IMG/VR virus record: IMGVR_UViG_3300034061_001472
Coordinates: 1,127-65,126 of that record
Source of the DNA: a virus
Taxonomy: Duplodnaviria > Caudoviricetes
Strand: one strand, 5' to 3'
Length of the DNA stretch: 64,000 nt
The position numbers and the translations under genes were made by a program. Position 1 is the first letter of the stretch. Every line of letters starts with the position of its first letter. The notes beneath the pieces were generated by a model, which did no database searches, was not told the origin of the DNA, and saw only the letters and a list, made by a program, of their open reading frames with translations. Positions 20,591 through 28,073 of this stretch are shown one piece after another.

Positions 20591-22389
20591 AGCTTTCCTG
20601 CCTTATCGTCTTTGAGTAGTGAGAGAAGCTTGTCTTTATCTTTTACGATTTGTTCAAAGTTATCAGCCTTAGTTGATAGAACCTGGATAACACGTTCCTC
20701 AATAGAGCCGTCTGTAACGTAATCTGTAACGATAATCGAGTCATGAATTTCAGATCCGATACGGTGCACGCGGTCAAGTGCTTGCTTGTGGTCAACAAGT
20801 GACCATGGACGTTGTAGCATTACAAGACGACGAGCTGCAGTCAAGGTAATTCCAACTCCGCCCGCCTGCGCAGTAAACAGAATCCACTTTAACTTGCCAG
20901 ACTGAAAATCATCAACAGCTTGCTGGCGTTCATCCTCGTTCTGTGCTCCAGTGATTAAACCATGCGGAATCTTAGCCTTTGTCATTTCCGCACTTAATAG
21001 CTCAATTAACTGACGCGATACCGCGCAGACTGCAACAGAATCATCGCCAAAGTCTCCGCTGTTTATGTCGCTCATTAAAGAGTCTACCTTGCAAGAAGGC
21101 TCAGCAAGTATTGCGCGCATCTCACCGGTGTCTTCGTTTACGTCCATTGTTGCATATGAACTTGCAAACTGAAGTAAACGAATAGTCTGCGTAAGCGCTG
21201 AAGGTGCGGTAATCGCCTCTCCCGATTCTAACTCTGCAATCATCGTGTCGCGCATCTGGTCATAAGCTTTCTTTTGCTTAGTAGACATCTCTATATCGCG
21301 ACGTTCAAACATCATTTCTGGTAACCATGGTAAAACTTTTGCCTTAAGCATACGGCGCATGCGTGGATTTACAGTTGCGTAAAACTCTTGTTCCATGTGC
21401 GGCTTTACGCCTAAAACCATCATGCCACCAAAGGCGTTTAACATTACGTTAACCATACGATCAACCCAACGGGTCTTGCTTGGCCACTCTTCAGGCGATA
21501 GCCAGTGAAGGATAGACCATAGATCTAAAACGTTGTTTGCGATAGGTGTTCCCGTTAACGCAAAGCGAATATCCGCGTCGCCTGTTGCAGCCCACAGAGC
21601 ACGAGATTGCTTTGACTTTGGCTCTTTAGAGCGGTGTATCTCATCAGCAATCACTGCCTTAAAGTCGATTTCGTTAAGTTCCCGCTTGTGAACCTCGCAA
21701 CGATTTATTGTTGTTTTATCATCGTGCCCGCCGCAGTCTGTACAACGAGCTAAGGCAACCGAGCCATAAGGTGCAAGACGCGAGTGAGAGCGCAAGGACT
21801 CCCAGTTAATAACGTATACGTCAGCCTCGCCCTCAAAGATCTTCCTACGCTGAGTTGCAGAGCCTTTGATAACTTCAACATCAACACCAGGCCACCACAT
21901 ATCAAACTCGCGCTTCCAGTTTTTCTTTAACGTGTTAGGGCAAACGATAAGCGCGGGGAATACGTCCTCGCCATTATCTTGAAGCTGCTTTAGCGCTCTA
22001 ATTGCCTGCGCTGTTTTACCTAGACCAGGTTCATCTGCCAGTAACGCTCTACGGGCTACCGATAGGAATTTGACGCCCGCACGCTGGTGTGGGAACAGGT
22101 CCTCGTTGCCCTCTTCAAGGGTTTCTAGGTCACGAAGTTCATTAGCCGGGGTAATACGTGTAGTCACTTCGTTGGTTGCCCAAGAGGCCAATCTAGGGCC
22201 AATTTCAAGGTCAGTTTTGAAGGTAGACCGTAGCGCTAAGCACGTTGCCCATGATGCAGGCACAGCCCAGACTTGCGTCTTTGCGTCCCACTTTGCGCCA
22301 GGGATACTTTTACAAAGTTCCTTGAGACGCCACTCAGTATTTATTATTACGTGCTTGCCCGATTCATCGAGCTCTACGTTTACTGGCAC
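20587..22389 (-). CDS. SNF2-family DEAD/DEAH helicase
   Basis: LADEPGLGKT, DEIH, LTGTP, GGVGITL, QALDRVHRIG. Confidence 0.93.
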   Translation of the reverse strand: MPVNVELDESGKHVIINTEWRLKELCKSIPGAKWDAKTQVWAVPASWATCLALRSTFKTDLEIGPRLASWATNEVTTRITPANELRDLETLEEGNEDLFPHQRAGVKFLSVARRALLADEPGLGKTAQAIRALKQLQDNGEDVFPALIVCPNTLKKNWKREFDMWWPGVDVEVIKGSATQRRKIFEGEADVYVINWESLRSHSRLAPYGSVALARCTDCGGHDDKTTINRCEVHKRELNEIDFKAVIADEIHRSKEPKSKQSRALWAATGDADIRFALTGTPIANNVLDLWSILHWLSPEEWPSKTRWVDRMVNVMLNAFGGMMVLGVKPHMEQEFYATVNPRMRRMLKAKVLPWLPEMMFERRDIEMSTKQKKAYDQMRDTMIAELESGEAITAPSALTQTIRLLQFASSYATMDVNEDTGEMRAILAEPSCKVDSLMSDINSGDFGDDSVAVCAVSRQLIELLSAEMTKAKIPHGLITGAQNEDERQQAVDDFQSGKLKWILFTAQAGGVGITLTAARRLVMLQRPWSLVDHKQALDRVHRIGSEIHDSIIVTDYVTDGSIEERVIQVLSTKADNFEQIVKDKDKLLSLLKDDKAGKL

Positions 22390-22420
22390 CTTTTGCGTAT
22401 CCTTTCGTCGTTAAGTCGCT

Positions 22421-22429
22421 ATACTAACA
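22421..22429 (-). promoter_or_regulatory. Extended -10-like TGTTAGTAT upstream of the helicase operon
   Basis: TGnTAnnnT in the short intergenic gap before the GAAAGGA RBS. Confidence 0.4.
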
Positions 22430-22475
22430 GGAAACTACTTAAATGTTATTACATTTCTACTTAGTATGTAGTTTT

Positions 22476-22928
22476 TTATTGCAGAAGTCTTCTAGGGACC
22501 CAACCGAGCTTTACGCACTGCAATAAAGCGTGTCGTATCGCATCAAGAGCATGACCTTCACCACCCTTATGCCAATATTCCAGCTTCTTAAGTTTAGGGT
22601 TATCAAACATTGCCTTGGCGTCGGAAGGTGACTGAAGTATGATGTCATCTGCCTTTCTTCCCGCGTCCATAAGACATTGCTTTAAGATACCGATTTGCTC
22701 GAGGCTGTATGGAGCCTGAGATTTTTTTGCCGTCTGAGCGTTAATGATAAAGCGCTCGCAGACAACAATTACGTCAGGGTACTGAACAAGAGTGTCACGA
22801 ATAGGCTTAGCATACTCTTCTTGTTGGTACTCTCCCGCCCAGAGCAAGACAGGCTCTTCACCGCGCTCAAACGAGAACAAAGTCATGCCTGTTGCCTTAC
22901 CTGGATCTACAGATAGGATCACTTTCAT
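22476..22928 (-). CDS. RuvC-like Holliday junction resolvase/RNase H-fold nuclease
   Basis: ILSVDPGKATG, VVCERF, H..DA..H. Confidence 0.75.
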   Translation of the reverse strand: MKVILSVDPGKATGMTLFSFERGEEPVLLWAGEYQQEEYAKPIRDTLVQYPDVIVVCERFIINAQTAKKSQAPYSLEQIGILKQCLMDAGRKADDIILQSPSDAKAMFDNPKLKKLEYWHKGGEGHALDAIRHALLQCVKLGWVPRRLLQ

Positions 22929-24760
22929 CGATACTTTTCTCCCCAGTTCTCCATAGGTCCGTCAATTCCAGAAGTTAAAGGCACAGCCCAACCTTCGGTA
23001 GTAGTCATACATTGTTTTACAATTTTCATGATTTCCTGCGCGTCCTTGCGCGGTGCGTTAAGCACAATTTCATCGTGCACCGGAACGATTAGTAATTCAG
23101 TTAATTCTGCCTGATCTAGCTTTATTAAGTTAGACTTAAATACCTCAGCAGCTCCACCTTGAATTAAATAGTTAACAAGCGTGTACACTCGGTCTTCGTC
23201 GCAAGGTAAACGTCTACCAGTCCATGTGTACACGTAACCTTGGCCTTCTGCCTTAAGTCTGCGCATACCGGCGTCTTCAATTTGTTTTTGAAAGAGCGAC
23301 ATACCAGGGAAGCGCATGTCAAACGCATCTGAAACAGTTCTCATCTGGCCTTCTGCTACACCAGCTGTAAGCGCTTGTTTTGCGACGCCTGCGCCGTAGA
23401 GACGACCGTAGACAGTTCCTTTGATGAGATTACGACGCTTGTCCGACCGTTGCATCGTAGGGTCGTTGTAGATTTCACGACCAATTTCAGTGAACGGATC
23501 TGACCCTGTCGCATCTGCACGGTTAAAGAGTGTGATGAGGTTTGGGTCTTGTGAGAGGGATGCGAACATTCTAAATTCGACCTGGTCAAGGTCACTTGTG
23601 ATGATGACATGATCTTCGTCCTTTGGGATAAAAGCAGTACGGACTGTATCGTCACCCTTAGGCAAAGTCTGCAGCGCTGGATTTTGTATTGACATACGAC
23701 TTGTTCGTGCGCCAAGTGTCTTTACAGACGGGTGCACGAAACCATTTACGTTGTCATTGATAAAGTTTGCAAAGTACGTGTTAGCAAGCTTGTCTGCCTT
23801 GCGTTGTTTAAGTACTATCTCAGCAAGTTCTTTTACCTCGGAGTTACCTGAAATCGCTAAGAATTGTAGCTGATCTTTAGACGCGGACTTTTGACCCGAA
23901 GGTGTAAACTCGTTAATCTCTGCACCAAGAGATTCTAGCAAGCGCACTAGTTGAATGTTACTAGTTATAGAAACGCCAGCATACTTTTGCTGCGCCCACG
24001 ACTTAACTTGCTCCGTGTAGGAAGTAAGCTCATCAAACTTCTTTCTAGAGTAGTCTAGGTCAATGCGCGCGCCATTGAGCTCCATACGCGTAACAATGCG
24101 GCGAGTCTGCATTTCAAGCTCGTACGCTTTGTGGTAGGGCTGTCCTGGACCGCACTTCTCGTAAAACTGTTCCCATAAGCGCATAGTTAAGATGCAGTCT
24201 AACGCACCGTATGACCAGTAAGGTTGAAAATTAGTAGGAACAGTTCCCCATGTCCAACCGTTCTTGACAAGCTCTTCATCAAGTGTACCTTGCAACGCAA
24301 CCGCGCGGCCGTCAACGTGCAGAGCAGCAAGACGCTTAAGTGCGCCTGTGCCAAGTGGATCTATGATGTGCGCCATAATCATTGTGTCGTGCACTCTGTG
24401 CCAAGGTATTTTCCAACGCGACTGTATATCAAACCAGCGAGCTTCAAAAGCTACGTTATGGCAAACGATAGGTCCATCAAACTTATCCATAGCCTCATAG
24501 AAAACTCCGGCCCATTCGTCCCACGGCATAGCCCAGGACTGTTTACCATCGCCAACTTGAACTAAACGCAGTCTGCCGTGCCACGGTGATAGCGCATGGT
24601 CACGTGGGTTACCTGGAAGTTCTCCAGTTTCAGTGTCAATTGCAACCGCGTTATGAGGTCGTCGTTCACCTAGCCAAGTTATAAACTCGCCTGCCTTTTC
24701 TACGCTGTCAATTAAGTGAAGCTGAACTCCTTCTAAGTTATCAACCATTAGCTTCCTCAA
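22925..24760 (-). CDS. polA: DNA polymerase family A with 3'-5' exonuclease (likely start ATG 24748)
   Basis: Exo IDTETG, HN..FE, Y.ALD; TSRMS..NP.LQ; motif A DLDQVEFR; motif B RNLIKGTVYGRLYG; motif C VHDE. Confidence 0.95.
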   Translation of the reverse strand: MRKLMVDNLEGVQLHLIDSVEKAGEFITWLGERRPHNAVAIDTETGELPGNPRDHALSPWHGRLRLVQVGDGKQSWAMPWDEWAGVFYEAMDKFDGPIVCHNVAFEARWFDIQSRWKIPWHRVHDTMIMAHIIDPLGTGALKRLAALHVDGRAVALQGTLDEELVKNGWTWGTVPTNFQPYWSYGALDCILTMRLWEQFYEKCGPGQPYHKAYELEMQTRRIVTRMELNGARIDLDYSRKKFDELTSYTEQVKSWAQQKYAGVSITSNIQLVRLLESLGAEINEFTPSGQKSASKDQLQFLAISGNSEVKELAEIVLKQRKADKLANTYFANFINDNVNGFVHPSVKTLGARTSRMSIQNPALQTLPKGDDTVRTAFIPKDEDHVIITSDLDQVEFRMFASLSQDPNLITLFNRADATGSDPFTEIGREIYNDPTMQRSDKRRNLIKGTVYGRLYGAGVAKQALTAGVAEGQMRTVSDAFDMRFPGMSLFQKQIEDAGMRRLKAEGQGYVYTWTGRRLPCDEDRVYTLVNYLIQGGAAEVFKSNLIKLDQAELTELLIVPVHDEIVLNAPRKDAQEIMKIVKQCMTTTEGWAVPLTSGIDGPMENWGEKYR

Positions 24761-25220
24761 ATATCGTCATTTCAATGTTGCACTTAATAAAGTACTCCAT
24801 AACTTTTTCTGGCTGTCTATGCTCGGCCTTTGATTGTATACGCATAACAACTCTAGACACACCAGAGTTAGAAACTAACTTCGCGCATTGCATACACGCA
24901 GCGTCTGTTATGTATATTGTTCCGCCTTCAGTACGAGATCTATCAACGTACAGTAACGCGTTTGCCTCCGCGTGTATAGATGGGCACGCATCATACATGT
25001 TGTCTAGTGGCGCAGTGCCTTGCGCACGTGGGCACCAGTTAATACATTCGCCTTCGTTTGGAAAAGATGCAGCTGGACCGTTGTAACCAGTAGAGCTTAC
25101 GCGTTGGTCTTTAGAGACTACAACCGCGCCAATTTGAGCGCGGCTACAGCGAGAACGCAGAGCTATAGTATCCGCAACCTGCATCCAGACTTCATCCCAC
25201 GATGGGCGAGTGTTCGTCAT
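24741..25220 (-). CDS. dCMP deaminase (ComEB-like)
   Basis: RS.C.R..GAVVV...TGYNG...HAEANAL...ACMQCAK. Confidence 0.92.
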   Translation of the reverse strand: MTNTRPSWDEVWMQVADTIALRSRCSRAQIGAVVVSKDQRVSSTGYNGPAASFPNEGECINWCPRAQGTAPLDNMYDACPSIHAEANALLYVDRSRTEGGTIYITDAACMQCAKLVSNSGVSRVVMRIQSKAEHRQPEKVMEYFIKCNIEMTIFEEANG

Positions 25221-25402
25221 TCTGATAAGTCTCCCATACCTTCTGTTACCGATGCGGCAAGTACTTTTGCAACTAACGAAAGAGCTTCCTTACGAGAAAA
25301 CCCTGCGCTTTTTAGCTCTTCAAACAGCTCATGAAGTTGGACTACCGCACTTCTCAGAGGGCTTTCATCTTCTTCGTACTTATCTATACTGTCGTTACCC
25401 AT
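25217..25402 (-). CDS. Hypothetical protein, 61 aa
   Basis: Overlaps both neighbours; ELF.EL..AGFS..EAL.LV helix motif common in phages. Confidence 0.7.
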   Translation of the reverse strand: MGNDSIDKYEEDESPLRSAVVQLHELFEELKSAGFSRKEALSLVAKVLAASVTEGMGDLSE

Positions 25403-26264
25403 TTGTCTTTGCCTCGTTCTTTTTAATAGCGGTAATCATCGCACGAGCGTACCAGCCTTCAAACGGGTGAAGGCTATTCACTAACATAGGCTCTTCAATA
25501 TGCATTGCGGCGCTTAATGAAGACAGTGCGCGATCTTGAACTTGTCGCCAATTAAAACCTGTTATTGCAGGGATATCTTCGTAAGGCTCAGTCGTATACT
25601 TTAAGCTTTCAGCTGCATCGTAGTGCTGTTCATAGATATGAAGAGATCCGACATGGTGCGTATATGAACCAGGGGCAATTCCTAAAACAGACGCTACTGC
25701 AATTTGCACTCGTGTAAATTGGAAGAAGTCGTACGCTGCTCCTAGCCATACGTCATTTGAGCGCATGTAAACACTCATATTAAGCTTGTTGTCACGAATT
25801 CTAAACTGATGAAGAATCGTGCAAGGGTAATCGCGCTTCTCCGGCAAAAGATCTAGGACTGGGTCCCATATAGTGACAACAGCCTGTCGTGAGTCTGGGT
25901 CGTTCTTTAAACGCTCGATGATCGGTCCGTATTGATCTTGCGTGCGTGCGCCGTATGCTCCATGAAACATTCCGTTGTCTTCAGCGTAGTTCTTAAACAT
26001 TGGACCTACTGCGACAACAAGTTTAGGAGTTGCAGCACCCGCAAGCAGCTGACAGGCTTCAACCGCACCGATACCTGGGACAGTCCCACGCCCTACGCCT
26101 AAAGGCAGTGTGTGCTTAATATCTTCAATGCGAATAACTGCATCTTCAATTTCACGCGTCTTCATTCCACGAGGAGCTGCCTCCCTGCCGTGCTTTAGAA
26201 CGTGCTGAACAAGGTCAACGTATCCGTTAACAGCGTCAGGTATGTTGATTATCGCAGTATCCAT
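25395..26264 (-). CDS. Thymidylate-synthase-family enzyme with dCMP-type specificity residue (probable dCMP hydroxymethylase)
   Basis: GAYG.R, DSRQAV..IW, PCT..HQF, MRSNDVWLGAAYD (Asp where ThyA has Asn), GSLHIY. Confidence 0.85.
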   Translation of the reverse strand: MDTAIINIPDAVNGYVDLVQHVLKHGREAAPRGMKTREIEDAVIRIEDIKHTLPLGVGRGTVPGIGAVEACQLLAGAATPKLVVAVGPMFKNYAEDNGMFHGAYGARTQDQYGPIIERLKNDPDSRQAVVTIWDPVLDLLPEKRDYPCTILHQFRIRDNKLNMSVYMRSNDVWLGAAYDFFQFTRVQIAVASVLGIAPGSYTHHVGSLHIYEQHYDAAESLKYTTEPYEDIPAITGFNWRQVQDRALSSLSAAMHIEEPMLVNSLHPFEGWYARAMITAIKKNEAKTNG

Positions 26265-27265
26265 GGATCATCCTTATCTTTTTTCGTAGATAGACGTGTA
26301 ATAGCTTGGCCATACTCTTCTTTTTTAGAGTTAAAAAATCGACGTACGTGTTGCGGGTGTGAAGTTACGGTGTATAGGTAGTCAGGGATATTTGCATGGC
26401 GTATTCCACGTTCTGCAAGCCGTCCTAGAGCTACAACTGGTGGACGGCGTAACGTACACCATAGATCCTCAAAACGTTCTGAAGACATATCGTTTACATT
26501 AACTATACCCATAGTCTTCCACTTATCAGATTCGAGAGCTGTAAGCAAATACTCGCCGGAGTTGCCGTCAACAGGCATGAAAGGAAGAATAGTTTCCTCG
26601 CCATATTTTTTAGTGATATTTCTTGTGTCACCTACAAGTAACACCCTTGGAAAACGTGGTCCGATGTACTCCGGAAACCTAGCAAGTTCCTGCGCGTCAT
26701 CTTGTATGGCATCAGCTCTGTTAATAATATGTGAAGCAAGATGTCCGATAGAATCTAGTGAGTCAGGTGCAGGAGTTAGACGTCCCGCCAGTCCCGCTGA
26801 CATCGCCGCAGCAACTTCGTATAGACCTAAGATTTGTTCTAGCTCGTTTGCCTGTACGTAATCGTCACCGCGAGCGTTTAGACGACGAGTAATAACATCA
26901 AGAGGTTGATACAACCAAAATTGAGCAACACCGCGTGATTGAAGGAAGAGCTCTGTCCAACGCCAACCAGCTTTACCAAGGAGACCATATCCATCGCCAG
27001 AACCCGTCTCAGGGCGTTTTACCGCGGCGTAAGTTACCTCGCCCCAGTGCCAACGGTCTGCAACAGCTATGCGTTTTGACCAGTCAATATTTTCAATAGA
27101 CGTGACGTAATCCTGTAGGACCCAACGGCGAGTCATCTCATCAGGCTTAGACTTATGGTAAAACTCGATTTCTTTTTTAGGAAACTTTTCAGCAAGTTGT
27201 TTTTGGACTTCAGACACGAGTGTAGACTTGCCTGAGGCGTCTGTACCTTCGATTACTATAAACAT
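26249..27265 (-). CDS. P-loop dNMP (thymidylate-like) kinase fused to a uracil-DNA-glycosylase-like domain
   Basis: IEGTDASGKST, DRW...E..Y, RL..RGDD; C-terminal LLVGD...PF...SG.YL...VVALG..A...HP. Confidence 0.8.
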   Translation of the reverse strand: MFIVIEGTDASGKSTLVSEVQKQLAEKFPKKEIEFYHKSKPDEMTRRWVLQDYVTSIENIDWSKRIAVADRWHWGEVTYAAVKRPETGSGDGYGLLGKAGWRWTELFLQSRGVAQFWLYQPLDVITRRLNARGDDYVQANELEQILGLYEVAAAMSAGLAGRLTPAPDSLDSIGHLASHIINRADAIQDDAQELARFPEYIGPRFPRVLLVGDTRNITKKYGEETILPFMPVDGNSGEYLLTALESDKWKTMGIVNVNDMSSERFEDLWCTLRRPPVVALGRLAERGIRHANIPDYLYTVTSHPQHVRRFFNSKKEEYGQAITRLSTKKDKDDPWILR

Positions 27266-27291
27266 TCGCTGCGTCCTTTGTCTCTAAGAAA

Positions 27292-27300
27292 ATTATAACA
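27292..27300 (-). promoter_or_regulatory. Extended -10 promoter TGTTATAAT for the kinase-TS-deaminase-PolA operon
   Basis: Perfect TGnTATAAT upstream of the AAAGGA RBS and ATG 27265. Confidence 0.6.
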
Positions 27301-27312
27301 CTAAAGCTTGAT

Positions 27313-27783
27313 TTATGGAATAAGCTCTATCCTGTAGATTGACTCGATTCCTTTATCTATCTCGGCTGCAACCTGGAGTAGACGCTCGGCTACCTTGGTT
27401 AAATACCTTGCGCCACCTTGGTCATACTTATAAAGCGCCTCGAGGACCGCATTAGGGTCATCGCTAACCTGTGCCCAGTAACGATGCTTCTCGGGGAAAA
27501 TCATCACCGCAGAGCGAGATGGTAAGCACTCTTCGCATGGAAGGGCTCTATCATCTAGCTCATCTGCACTTACCTCATTGAGGCCATAACGCTTTACAAG
27601 AGGGCAGGCTGCTCCATGAAAGACGATAGACACGCCAATGCGAGAAAGAATGTAGGAGCCGTTGTCTGTTTTGTAGAGCGCGAATTCAATCCAGCGCGTT
27701 GATCCGCGACGCCAGGAAGATGATTCACTTAGGAGACGTCCATTGAACTGTAAAGTTCTAGCGTTATCCTTAACTTCAAACAC
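27313..27783 (-). CDS. Hypothetical phage protein, 156 aa (H..C...C..C possible Zn site)
   Basis: GGGAGAG RBS then GTG; RWIEF.LYKT..G.Y. Confidence 0.75.
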   Translation of the reverse strand: MFEVKDNARTLQFNGRLLSESSSWRRGSTRWIEFALYKTDNGSYILSRIGVSIVFHGAACPLVKRYGLNEVSADELDDRALPCEECLPSRSAVMIFPEKHRYWAQVSDDPNAVLEALYKYDQGGARYLTKVAERLLQVAAEIDKGIESIYRIELIP

Positions 27784-27866
27784 TATATCTCTCCCTGTGT
27801 CGGTATGTCGCTAGGCAACATATTATCAAACTTATATGAAAAAATCATGACATTTGCACTTTATTA

Positions 27867-28073
27867 CTAAATATCTTCTGCTCTAGCAATTTTTATTTTT
27901 CGTGGTACGTCTTGCTCTGGTTCTAGTTCTCCCTCAGGCGCGTTTAGCTCCGCGGTAAGAGCAATAATCGTTGCCTTTTGAACAGCTATCTCCTGCGCCA
28001 ACTCGCCGATATGAGTGCGTAGCGCCGCAAGTACATGCTCGATCTTTATGTCTTGTTCTTGGTTATTTGTCAT
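27867..28073 (-). CDS. Small coiled-coil protein downstream of the tail fibre gene
   Basis: GGAGG RBS; TAATG overlap with the fibre stop codon. Confidence 0.7.
   Translation of the reverse strand: MTNNQEQDIKIEHVLAALRTHIGELAQEIAVQKATIIALTAELNAPEGELEPEQDVPRKIKIARAEDI

Noticed and set aside
21680-21760. Insertion CTDCGGH...CEVH in the helicase as a possible intein
   Set aside because: Only ~25 aa with no intein splice motifs; better explained as a small Zn-binding insert.
25395-26264. Plain thymidylate synthase (thyA)
   Set aside because: The specificity residue is Asp rather than Asn, and the context is a modification cluster; symbol withheld.
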